Positions 49,460 through 60,527 of a stretch of DNA of 64,000 bases are shown piece by piece. A program made the position numbers and the translations under genes. Within the stretch, counting starts at the first letter, position 1, and the number at the start of each line of letters is the position of its first letter. This DNA is from Anthoceros angustus (taxonomy: Eukaryota > Plantae > Anthocerotophyta): NCBI GenBank assembly GCA_010909165.1, contig MU008211.1:248001-312000 (forward strand). Direction: 5' to 3'. The notes below the pieces were generated by a model. That model had not been told where the DNA came from, ran no database searches, and was given only the letters and a program-made list of their open reading frames with translations.

Positions 49460-50690
49460 CTAACTCTCGCAATCGTTTTTTTCAAAACTACCTACTGCCC
49501 TTAGACTCTCGTGATCGGGGATAAGAAAGGGCCTACCTACCATCGCCGTCAAAGAAGCCGCCTCCCCTGCGCTAGTCGCCGTCCTGTACATCACGTTCGC
49601 CAACGCCCTCTGCAGGGCGATGGACACCCGTTGCTTGAAGAAAGACACAATACAAGAAAGGGGGAGACCAACCCTATTCCAGTAATCGTGGTAAGCTTTA
49701 GTACATGCCTTGAAGGACTTCGAAAAGTCTTGACCTATGACCCCGTGAGTCTCGATGGCGAGGGGGATAAAAGTGTGGTTGTTGTGCATAGGAGAGTACT
49801 TGTGGACCTTGGCCGTCGCGCAGCCTTCCACCGCCCAACCCGGGGGGTTGAGGATAATGTCCTCATAGACACTTGTCCCTGGTGGGGTCCATTACAATCA
49901 CATCAACGAAAATGGTCCCCTCGGGTCAAGAAAAGGTCAGCCCTGAGAGACATACCATTGAGCAAGATGTAGGGATGCTCCCTATAGGGAGAAAAGCCAC
50001 CCTCCTTGGCCACCGAGAACATGATGTCCCGGATGGCATCATGCGTAGCAATGCGCTGCCCGCCAGCGGGACAGCAGGCTAGATAGGTCCCAGGGTCATC
50101 AAGGGAAGCCCCACAACTGCAAGCAAAGAGAGAATAGGCCAAAGGTTGGACTAGACCCAAGCGAAAACCCAACGCAGTAGAAATGGTTGCTGGTGCGATG
50201 TGGAATGCCTGGATACTGGGACAAGCCAAAAGCCAGGAGCATGCTCTCTTCCCCGAGCAAGAGCAAAGCTAGGTGGGCCTTAGAATGGAGGAATCCCAAA
50301 GAAGGCCTAGCTGATGATGATCCTAGCCTCAGAGGATAGAGATCCCCTGGCCACCCTTAAGGACGCTTGCAAGGGAAATACCCCCTTCTCAACCCCCGAG
50401 ACGAACGCCTCCAAAATGAAGGAGTCTCGAATTAAGAATTGGGGGCAGAGAGGGCCCAGCTTCCTAAAAAAGCCATTGGCATAGAGACCTAGGTCCGTGG
50501 CAAGTAGACCGGTGCCCCCAAATGCCACATGAAGGGAAGCCTGCTGCTTGGCCAGGTCCCCAGGGGCGCACTCGAAAGTGCCTAGGCCAATGATGGCGCC
50601 CAAAGCCTGCAAAATCCGCCTGTCGAAGGCTCCGAGGCAGGACAAGAAAGACGGGGAAGGAGCAATTGTACATACAAGGTATGGGTTTAA
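49460..50690 (-). mobile_element. 5'-truncated CRE-like non-LTR retrotransposon, second copy
   Basis: LAKQQASLHVAFGGTGL; zinc knuckle CSCGASLDDPGTYLACCPAGGQRIATHDAIRD; RADL; AKVHKY..FIPLAIETHG..FKQRVSIALQRA. Confidence 0.8.
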
Positions 50691-51178
50691 GATATCGGCT
50701 TATTTAAGCAAATCATGATTTTCAAAACTATTACGGGGTTTGCAAGGAAACCCTACACACGCAGGTTGCGTTACTTTAATTTGCGTTACGGCATCCCCTT
50801 TTCCAAACTTGAAGGCAGCAGTCTGCAAGGCCACCTAGTTGCTTGTTTGTGCCTGTGATTCCAAGCGCAACTCCATCTTTGTGACTGCCGCAAGCTTGCA
50901 TTGGAGCGGTGCCAAGTTCCCTTGGAGGCAGACGACCTACGGAACATGTGAGTTTCTAATCTTCAGGGCCGTTTGTGCATCCAATTTGTGATTACGGAGT
51001 GCCGTTGCCTGGAATTGCAGAGTTTGAAGATGGCAAGCGGCAGGAGGAGCACGAAGGACCAGCCGATGGAGGAAGATGACACTGCCCCACTTCGAAGAAG
51101 ACAAGCGGGCTCGAGGCGAAGCCCGCCCCAGCGGAACCGGCGAGGCACCACCATCCACGTCGCCGCCTGAAGACACCT

Positions 51179-52797
51179 TGTTGAAGGGGTAACCCTACAC
51201 TAGTCAACAAATGGGCGAACTAGGGTTATATATTGGGTTAGTTAGTTAATGATACTTAAAAATAATTTTGTTCATTAATTCATCATTTTATCATTTTTTG
51301 CCAGTTCTATGCAAAAGGCCTCTCTCTCGGCTCTCGCCTTCTGCTCTAACATTCACATGGTATCAGAGCTCCAGGCTTGATGTTTTTGTTTCGACCCTAA
51401 CTATGCCTCGGCGCGGCGGTTTTGTCTGTCAGGGGCGTGATTCGCGTTTCAACATATGCGAAGACATACAACACACTTCTAGGACAATACCGGCCAGATT
51501 GAGCAACGCCTCTCTAGTGGGAGGACATCACTTAATAACGTGGTCCCCAAACCGGGGAGGCCTTGGGAACTCCTGCACCAATCATTGCGATTCTCAATTT
51601 CGAGAATACAAAGCCCGAGATAAATACTTCAGGGATCAACTGAAGGACAGGAGGAGAAGGCAAGAAAAAGCTTCCGACTTTTCTGCTTAAACCGCCCCAG
51701 ACCACGACCCGCGACGATGCGCATCCTCTTCGGTCGCGACTCTACTCGCACCTCAATTCCTTCTCCGAGCACCGACATCGAAGCCAGCTTGCATCGCTTG
51801 GAATCAAGTCTGGGCCACATCCTCTCCACGCAAGAAGCAATCCAAACAAGATTGGTTGTTCAGAACATGCAAACCCAGGCTTCAATTGATTGCATCTACG
51901 ACGAGATTGCATACCAGATCAAGAAGATTGTTGAGCACCTGCAGAAGTTGGACATCTCCATGACCGGGCAGGTCCCAGCTCTCGGCGATCTGCTTCCGCG
52001 CTTGAGGCAGCGAGGTCTGACGCCCTGTGACGCATTGGGCTCGCCTTGTCTGACATACAACCCGCCTCTTGACCTGCATCACACCCACTGGATGAGGTTA
52101 GAAGAGTCGTGTCTTGTCGGGTGAAGCAACTTCAAACAGTTGGTGTAGTCTCTTGCCAACCGACACATCTCTTCACAACAAGGAAAAATAGACAAAAATT
52201 AGCAATGTTGGGGAGAGCCTTGTCGAGCCACACACGATAGACCAGTCAGTTCCACACTGCTTGGCTCACCCTGTGTGCCCGGACATGTCTTTCCCCTGCA
52301 CTAAATTTTGTCAGTTTTTCCTTCCACAGACTACAGAGCACAGCATGCCATACCTGATGCCCTTCTCTAGGTCATAAACTTTTCAGAGGGGATTTCTACG
52401 TATGTCAGATAGCTCTTGGTCTTCAGAGGCAAGTGGTGATACCCATCTTCTTAGTGATTCTAGTGCAGATCACAACGATCTCGAAGATCCCATTGTTGAT
52501 CTACTTGCACAGCAGCTGCAGGCACTCACTTTAGCTTCAAAGATGGGCACTAATCCCCCACCACCACCACCTCCGCCTCCACCCCCGGGCTGGACCAAGG
52601 TTCCTGCCACACCTTCCCCCACTTTCACCTCAGAGTTGAAAGAGAAAGATCGATTTAATGGCACCAAATACCCTGTTTGGAGGGTGCGCATGAGATCTAC
52701 ACTTGAGGCTCACGGCATGTGGGGAGTGGTGGATCAATCTAACCCAGAGCCTGATCCAAACAGCACGCCTCCACCCACTGTCACCCAAGTGGAGCGT
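51179..52797 (+). mobile_element. Ty1/Copia element F (LTR, PBS, upstream ORF, gag N-terminus), cut by LTR X
   Basis: LTR TG..CA 51179-51357; PBS TGGTATCAGAGC 51358-51369; gag EKDRFNGTKYPVWRVRMRSTLEAHGMWGVVD after poly-Pro. Confidence 0.88.
51717..52124 (+). CDS. Coiled-coil ORF upstream of Copia F gag, unknown function (may begin at MPRRGG ~51403 via a frameshift)
   Basis: IEASLHRLESSLGHILSTQEAIQTRL...IKKIVEHLQKL..PALGDLLPRL. Confidence 0.5.
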   Translation: MRILFGRDSTRTSIPSPSTDIEASLHRLESSLGHILSTQEAIQTRLVVQNMQTQASIDCIYDEIAYQIKKIVEHLQKLDISMTGQVPALGDLLPRLRQRGLTPCDALGSPCLTYNPPLDLHHTHWMRLEESCLVG

Positions 52798-54317
52798 TGT
52801 GTGGTGGGAGGTTCCCGGGACCCCCGGAACCCTCAGCCCTGTAGCGGCCATACTTATCCCACTATCGGTTCGTACAGTAGGTTTCGTTCCCACGAAGGAG
52901 TGGGGGAGCCCTTCCCCGCACGGATGGAGGGTGTGCCCTCCAGACCTCTCGACTCTCGGCCTCCGTCTGGCGCCCGATTATTCTGCTGCCCCTCCTACTA
53001 GCGCCACCTGACCCACTAGGTAAGTCACACTACCACCTATGCGCGATGACTTGAGTGTAGACCTCATGTGAGCACCGCCCAAGCTGCAGTGGCGACCACG
53101 GGACCCCGGACCACCGCGATGAACAATCCTCCACCAGTATGATCCTACACTTCCTAAGACCCTCCTCTTTCTCTTTTCTCTTTTCTCTTTTCTCTTTTCT
53201 CTTTTCTCTTTCTCTTTTCTCTTTTCTCTTTCTCTTTTCTCTTTCTCTTTCTCTTTTCTCTTTCTCTTTTCTCTTTCTCTTTCTCTTTCTCTTTTCTCTT
53301 TCTCTTTCTCTTTCTCTTCTCTTCTCCTTTCTTCTCTAATCTACCTCTTCCACTCTTCCTAGCTACCTACTCACAGGCGCCTCCACCGTCACCCAAGTGG
53401 GCGTTGTGTGGTGGGAGGTTCCGGGACCCCGGAACCCTCGGCCACTTAGCGCCACTTATCCCACTATCGGTTAAAGCGGTGGGTTTCGTTCCCACGAAGA
53501 GTGGGGAGCCCTTCCCGCCGGATGGAGGTGTGCCCTCCAGACCTCTCGACTCTCACCCGGCCTCCGTCTGGCGCCCGATTGACTAACCGCCTCCTACTAG
53601 CGCCCTGCCCGGGGTGACCCACACTAGGTAAGTCACACTATACGCGATGACCGGCCGCGTAGACCTCATCGCGAGCCGCCCAAGCTGCAGTGGCGACCAC
53701 GGGACCCCGGACCACTGTGATGAACAATCCTCCCGTGCGCAAATCCTACACTTCCTAAGACCCTCCTCTTTCTCTTTTCTCTTTTCTCTTTTCTCTTTTC
53801 TCTTTTCTCTTTTCTCTTTTCTCTTTTCTCTTTCTCTTTTCTCTTTTCTCTTTTCTCTTTTCTCTTTCTCTTTCTCTTTCTCTTTCTCTTTTCTCTTTCT
53901 CTTTCTCTTTCTCTTCTCTTCTCCTTTCTTCTCTAATCTACCTCTTCCACTCTTCCTAGCTACCTATCGTACAGGCGCCTCCAGCTCCCCACAGTGCCTC
54001 GGATCATAGGGTAGTGCCCTCACGGTCCTAGGCCGGACATCTGGCTGAGACCTCATGGCAGGAATTTATTAGGGACCTCCTTCACCCGCCCCAGCATGCC
54101 GTCTGCTGCAGCCTGGCAGCTCCCTCACCGCTCAAACACTCCCCAACTGCTACCTCAACAAAGAAAGGCGTGGGCCCAGCCCTTGCCCTGGTTACCGCAC
54201 CTCAAGACCCTACCAGACACCATGCACCCTCACACGGTCGGCAAGCACGTTTGCGTAGCAAACAAGCACACACAGGTCAGGAGAGCAAGGCATGATATTT
54301 TATTATGGGAGTTAACA
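52798..54317 (-). repeat. LTR family X: one partial and one complete copy in tandem, each with a (CTTTT/CTTT)n microsatellite
   Basis: tgtgtggtgggagg at 52798 and 53405; end gggagttaaca at 54317; microsatellites ~53161-53340 and ~53761-53935. Confidence 0.85.
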
Positions 54318-54697
54318 CCATAAATTTTGAAGGGGAGGAATATACAAACCCCTTTCAAGGAAAAAATAACCCCTTTGACGGAAAAGACACCATCCTCAAA
54401 CTGCGGAAAACGGCTGGTTTCAGAATACAGACACCATCCGTGTATGCATATCCATAGCGGAAAACCAAACTGAACAGGACAACCCCCACACAAACCCCAC
54501 ATGTCGCCGGCCGGCCGGCGCCACTGCTTACTACAAACAAAGCACAGTGTAACAACAAAATTAGAGAAAAGTCCCATTGTTAAATTTAAAAGGGTTCGGA
54601 AACATCCGGAACATGCATGTATTCTCGTAGTAGCAAAACTAGCAAAACTAAACACCTACACCGCTAAGCGCGAATTTTGCTAATCGGCGTCGATGTT

Positions 54698-55251
54698 CTA
54701 TCGTGAGGGCTTGTATGTGAGTCCACCATTGCATCCGGGCCAGAATCCTCTACAAGTGCCAAATTCGCATCGCTCCATCTCCTGTGCGTCAAAGCTATCA
54801 TTCGCACATAAAACTCTTTGGTCTTCATTGATATCATTTTGGGTGTAAATGCGTTTGTCGGGTCGACACGCCATACACATCAATGTCTGTCCATCGTCCA
54901 TAAGCTCGCGGTTGTCGTCTTTAACCTCTTCGCACTCAATGCCACGACTTGGGCTTTCAAGCAGTCTTTCTCACTAATACAAACCTCTTTGGCCCAGAAC
55001 TGAGATGGTCCCCTTCGGTGCGGCTCAAAGTTAGCTCCTAAATGCATCGGGCAAGACATCAACACCGTGTATGCGCTGACAATGTAACCTGCGCATCTCA
55101 AGTCCGCCTCTATTGCAATACGATTCGGCCTGCAACACAAAGCGCTAGTGTCGTAGTCCCACCTCGAGCATGCATCAATAACCCGTCTCCCTCCTTGGAG
55201 AATGTTCTCACGAAGTTTCATCATAAGACCCAATGGTCTCGGTATGGGCAC
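54698..55251 (-). pseudogene. Cys-rich ORF of unknown function, two overlapping frames
   Basis: CSRWDYDTSALCC..EADLRCAGY..SCPMHLGANFEPH..FWAKEVC, then LMCMACRP..CEFGTCRGFWPGC. Confidence 0.35.
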
Positions 55252-56371
55252 ACTACCAACTTGTCATGAGGCAGTAAACTTTGTTTCTTGACGATGAGTG
55301 TCCAATATGATCTTCCATTGTTGAAGGTCCCATGCATCACATTTGGCATCATGGCAGTGTCATGACACCCTGGTGTTGTGTTCGGTGAAGGGGTATGTGG
55401 GTGCATGCATGTGCATGAATGTGGTATGTATGTCCGCTTATGGACATGCATGCATGGTGGGCATGCATGCATGCATGTGCATGCGATCTGAACGTATGCA
55501 TGAGTTCGAGGATGGCCACAAATCGCGTGTGGGTGGCGGTGTCAAAATCGTGATCACCGTAATTGCGGAATTATTGAGAGCCGCGTTCTGAGGCATCGCC
55601 GTCTTTTCGGAGGTGTCAAGGCGCGCCGAGGCACCGATTTGGCGAGAGAAGGCGCGCCAAGCGTATAAGATAGCAAGCGGCGAACGGATTATGTTTGTTC
55701 GAGGCGTACGGATCCCAAGCGTAGCATAACGAAGTTTCCTTGGACAGAGCTCTTGGAAGTGTGGATGAGCGAGTTGGATCCTACATCAGGCGAAATGAAA
55801 TTTTGCACATCAATCCCTTGAAATTTGGATCGTGACAAAGGTGGTCTTGACTTAGCCGAGTCTTGTGAAGGCAAGGACATCACAGAAGGACGGTGGAGCA
55901 TACAGATAAGTCCATGGTGAACTGTGATGAGGGTGCTGTAGACTACTCGGTGTTGTTTTATGCGGGTCGGTCCATTCTGCATTTAGCTGCCCTAGCAGAA
56001 CTAGAACCCGCATATTTGTGGCAGAGGTTGTGGGATGAAGTGATTGACAAACTGTCATGGTTGGCTGATTGGACGGAAGGGGGAGCCAACACTAACTTTG
56101 ATGAAATGCCATACATAATTCTCGCAAAGGAAGGGATTGGTAAGGTAATGGTGTTTCTGCGGTCTGGGTGGACAAACGAGTTTACTCCTACTCAGGAAGC
56201 TCGCAGTCCTGTCACACAATATCCCTCAGTCCATAAGCCAAGTGGTCAGATTGAGAGGGTGTATAGTCCCATCCGATCCATAGCATTTGAAGAGAGTGGT
56301 AGTGGAGTCGGAATGGAATACGAGATAGCGCCTAGTAAAAATGATGTGTTCACCGGACATGGCGGCATGTC

Positions 56372-57025
56372 TTGGTTGAGGAAAAGTTCAGGTGGGCAAT
56401 CGATGAGATGGTGCTCAAGTACAAGTCCGAATTCACGCCCGAAATGGCACTAAGGAAGATGAGCACGTTTCTTGCAGGAGAGGCACTGACTTGCTACCGT
56501 GACTGCAAGGATCAGATCTTGCAGGATGCGCGGGCTCTGGCCAGGGCAAGAATGGCCAAGAAGATGTTGAAAGTAGATGAAGAGGAGGAGTCGTCCAGTT
56601 CCACACAAACTGATGCCATCACGTACCTGGTGGACGAAATGTTCTCCAAATTCGCGGAAATGTTTCCGGTAGCCTCTATAGAGAAGATTCAGGAGCTGTC
56701 GAAGTTCACCATCAAGCCCAACGAACCTCTCAGATCCGCCTATTTGAGGCTGAGGCAACTGGTGAAAGACACGCGTGTGAAGACGATGCGGGAAGCCGCC
56801 CAGATCTACATAGCTGCCCTTCCGGGAAGACAAAGAAGAGTGATTGCTAATTTCCTGCACATGATGCATGGTGCCGACTATGAGCTAGAACAAGCCTATG
56901 AGATGGCCGAACGGGTCATGAAGGGCGACGCGGTGACAAGTGCTTACTGGGAGGAGCACAATCTGGTGAGAGGACAGCAGCATGCCATGAACAACCCAAG
57001 GTTTCAAGGAAGAACCACGCAGTAG
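56372..57025 (+). CDS. gag: Gypsy gag capsid region
   Basis: VEEKFRW...MSTFLAGEALTCY...F.IKPNEPLRSAYLRLRQLV...AAQIYIAALP...LEQAYEMAE. Confidence 0.75.
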   Translation: MVEEKFRWAIDEMVLKYKSEFTPEMALRKMSTFLAGEALTCYRDCKDQILQDARALARARMAKKMLKVDEEEESSSSTQTDAITYLVDEMFSKFAEMFPVASIEKIQELSKFTIKPNEPLRSAYLRLRQLVKDTRVKTMREAAQIYIAALPGRQRRVIANFLHMMHGADYELEQAYEMAERVMKGDAVTSAYWEEHNLVRGQQHAMNNPRFQGRTTQ

Positions 57026-57471
57026 CAGCACACTCGGTGAACTGCAGGAATTCACCAAGAACCACGCCAGCAGCGCAGCCACCAACAAAGCCACGGTGAA
57101 ATGTCTTATGCGAGGGCCGCACAAGGCCTTCAGTGTGAGTATCGGGTTGGGGGACGAAGGAGAAGGAGCAATGCGAGCGTGTGCCAAAACCGGACATGGC
57201 GGCATGTTGGCGGCTCATCCGAATTAAGCCAAAGGGGTTGTGGAGCGGATGTACGCCAAGGCAAAATCAACGGAGGTACACACGGCGCGCTCGATGAGGT
57301 GCAGTGCAAGAAAAGCTAGCCATGAGTGTAAGCACGAAGCTCGGTTGCTATCGAGGATTATGATTCGGATCCGGTGTATGCGCTAATGGCCACAATGCAC
57401 GAGGATGAGCGGACTAGCGTCGACACAGGTGGGCGGCGAAGAAAGAAGGGTGAGGAAAGGAATCACTCAAG

Positions 57472-58116
57472 ATGCCCAAATCCTTTAGGCGTATGAAGAT
57501 CGGGAGGAGCGGACGTCAAGAGAAATCACCCGATCTTGAACTTATGCTCGAGAAGGTGATGGATGTGCCCGTGATGAGCTTGCGTGACCTGGGAGTCAAG
57601 ACGCAACCGTTTAAACAGGCCATGAAGGCCTGGATGCAAAAGTCTGCGGGGACGGTGTGGATCGTCGGCCCTCGTGGGGATCACACCCGGAGCAGGGGCA
57701 AAGGAGGCATTGCCATGGTCAATAATCAAGGTCGGGAGGTAACGGTCAACGGCTTTGCTCCAGAATATGTGTTGGTGGATACAGGCGCGGACCCAGTGTT
57801 GCTCGGGGCACGGGTACAGAAGGCTCTCCAGCTATACGGGGATAAGCTTAAGCCATGTGAAGTGCACATTACCACATCTGCAGGAACCAAGGAACGGGTG
57901 ATGGGAATGACTCGTGAGCCAGTACGCATAGAGTTCAAGCCAGGCACAAAAGATGCCTCTATCATCGAAGTTCATTGCTTGGTGTCTAACGCAAGGAATT
58001 ACGATGTGCTACTTGTGATGCCACGCCGCGGCCCGGCAATGGGGGTGCACTCGAGCGTTTATAGGCGGTGGCGGGATGGGGACTTCACACAAGTGGCCGG
58101 GATCCGCTTGATATGA
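57472..58116 (+). CDS. Gypsy aspartic protease region
   Basis: YVLVDTGADPVLLG (~57770-57805) and YDVLL flap-side motif. Confidence 0.85.
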   Translation: MPKSFRRMKIGRSGRQEKSPDLELMLEKVMDVPVMSLRDLGVKTQPFKQAMKAWMQKSAGTVWIVGPRGDHTRSRGKGGIAMVNNQGREVTVNGFAPEYVLVDTGADPVLLGARVQKALQLYGDKLKPCEVHITTSAGTKERVMGMTREPVRIEFKPGTKDASIIEVHCLVSNARNYDVLLVMPRRGPAMGVHSSVYRRWRDGDFTQVAGIRLI

Positions 58117-58420
58117 GGCGACATCTTTGAGAGATCGATAGCATGATTGCATTCACGGCTGTCTGGTGACATTGTGCACGAGCAAGTGGTGTGGGAAGAA
58201 ACTCGGGAACTCGTGCGGGAAGAGGAGGAGGCGTCAAAGCGGTGGGTGTATGTATGTAAAAAAAACCCCTTGCGAAAGCTTTGGCCCGGAGCTCACCCGA
58301 CAAAGCCGAACTAAGTGTGGCAGCCACCGATGTGTGTCCGAAAAATGTTTGCCAGTTGGGAGCCTTAGGCAGCGCGCTTTAAGGATCAATACGGATGTGA
58401 TTCGGTGGCAACCTGACGAG

Positions 58421-59125
58421 CGAGGTATACACCTCATGGAGCTGTGTTCAGGGATCAGTAGCGGGCTTGAAGCGGTATTGAAGAGTGGAATACGGGTGAG
58501 GAAATACACGTGTGTTGAAGTGGACGAGAAGGCACGTGCAGTAGCCAAATCCAGGATTATCAGGATGCAAAGGGCGTATCCCGGACTACTAAGCATGGAG
58601 GCAGTGAAGGGATGTCAGAGCAGGTTACCCCACGACGTCAGATTGGTAGGAAACGGCGGTGAAGCGATCAGTGCCCGGTCGATATCTTTGCTACGGGATG
58701 GGAATGCGGGGCGTTTTCGGGGCGGTTGTGGAAAGGGTGACGGTGTGGAAGTGGCTGCGAAATGTCGGGATTAGGAAGAATGCAGTCAATCAATCCCACT
58801 TGTACGTCTTTGGAGAATGTGTGCGGAGCATTCGATAAACGTGAACATGTGAGGAGGCTACGGCTCGAAGTTGGATAGGAGAGGAATTCATTATTGATCT
58901 GCGAAGCGGGCTCATCGCCACCGGGTCTCGAAGTTTTGGACAAAGCGTGACCGGTGTAGAGGTTCTCGAGGCAACCGTGAGTTGACCAAACCAGAAAGCG
59001 ATATGTGGATGACATCTTAGAAGAGGCGACGCTCACACGGTGCGGAAGATGGACAAACCTCCACGATTTCCGTAAATAAGGTTGGGAAGCCGAAGGGCTG
59101 GCCCACACTCGTAAGGGCCAATCTT
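58421..59125 (+). pseudogene. DNMT3-like C5 cytosine methyltransferase domain, copy 1 (motifs I-VIII; cut before IX-X by the duplication)
   Basis: IHLMELCSGISSGLEAVLKSGIRVRKYTCVEVDE (I-II), PVDIFATGWEC (IV, 58696-58707 = GWEC), LENV (VI, ~58813), HR..FW (VIII). Confidence 0.85.
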
Positions 59126-59412
59126 ATGCCTTTGAGAGATCGAGATAGCATGATTGCATTCACGGCTGTCTGGTGACATTGTGCATGCAAGTGGTGTGGG
59201 AAGAAACTCGGGAACTCGTGCGGGAAGAGGCGGGAGGCGTCAAAGCGGTGGGTGTATGTATGTAAAAAAAACCCCTTATCGAAAGCTTTGGCCCGGAGCT
59301 CACCCGACAAAGCGAAGGTGTGGCAGCCACCGTGTGTCCGAAAAATGTTTGCCAGTTGGGAGCCTTAGGCAGCGCGCTTTAAGGATCAATACGGATGTGA
59401 TTCGGTGGCAAC

Positions 59413-60300
59413 GGCGGTATACACCTCATGGGCTGTTCAGGATCGATGGCGGGCTTGAAGCGGTATTGAAGAGTGGAATACGGGTGAGGAAATACACGTG
59501 TGTTGAAGTGGGCGAGAAGGCACGCGTGGCCAAATCCGGGATTATCGGGATGCAAAGGGCGTATCCGGACTACTAAGCATGGAGGCGGTGAAGGATGTCG
59601 AGCGAGTTACCCCACGACGTCGATTGGTAGGAAGCAGAAGCGGTCAGTGCCCGGTCGATATCTTTGCTACGGGATGGGAATGCGGGGCGTTTTCGGGGCG
59701 GTTGTGGAAAGGGTGACGGTGTGGAAGTGGCTGCAATGTCGGATCGAAGGAAATGCATCAATCAATCCCACTTGCTTTGCGTCTTTGGAGAATGTGTGCG
59801 GAGCATTCGATAAACGTGAACATGTGAGGAGGCTACGGCGGCTCGGTTGGATAGGAGAGGAATTCATTATTGATCTTTGCGCCAGGGCTCATCATGCCGG
59901 TGCGAAGTTTTGGACAAAGCGTGACCGGTGTAGAGGTTCTCGGGCAACACCGTGAGTTGACCAAACCAGAAACGATATGTGGATGACATCTTAGAAGAGG
60001 CGGACGCTCCCGGTCGGAAGATGGACAAACCTCCACGATTTCCGTAAATAAGGTTGGGAAGCCGAAGGGCTGGCCCACACTCGTAAGGGCGCAATCTTAT
60101 GCCTTTCGGAGGCGGGGGCACCGTGGTGGATCTCGCTGGAAATGAGGTAGGTGAGCCCACGGTGATGGAGCCGAAGGGCCATGGGGTTTGATCGACGGAC
60201 CATCACGCGGGCATTTCTGAAACATATCGATGCAAGTTGCTGGGTCAAGCGTTTGATCGACACACTGCAATGGGTTGAACGTGGGTCTCGCCACACAAAT
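59413..60300 (+). pseudogene. DNMT3-like domain, copy 2 (motifs I-X all present, frameshifted)
   Basis: Motif I with indels, GWEC (59672-59683), LENV (~59788), E.E.AMGFD (IX, ~60150-60190), RCKLLGQAFD (X, ~60230-60260). Confidence 0.85.
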
Positions 60301-60527
60301 AGATATGTGCAAGGCGGGAGGTGATATGCATCTGTCAGTGCTTGAAGAAGGCGAGTTTCCAATACAGCGTCACAAAGGAGGTCATACGGCGAACACTGCG
60401 GGGGATGACGACAAGAGAGAACAGTGACAGCGTAAACTCAACACATGAGTGGCGGATATGAAGAGTTAGAAGAAGCCGATCAACGGAAGATTCGGGATAT
60501 ATGCGTACAGACACCTTCGCGTTGTGG

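Noticed and set aside
53139-54009. Phe/Ser/Leu-rich 'membrane protein' ORFs (53139-53339, 53647-54009, also 16385-16591)
   Set aside because: They are translations of the (CTTTT)n microsatellite.
55380-55500. (ATGC)n tract, and the palindrome cgccggccggccggcg near 54505
   Set aside because: Simple low-complexity repeats with no associated structure or evidence of function.
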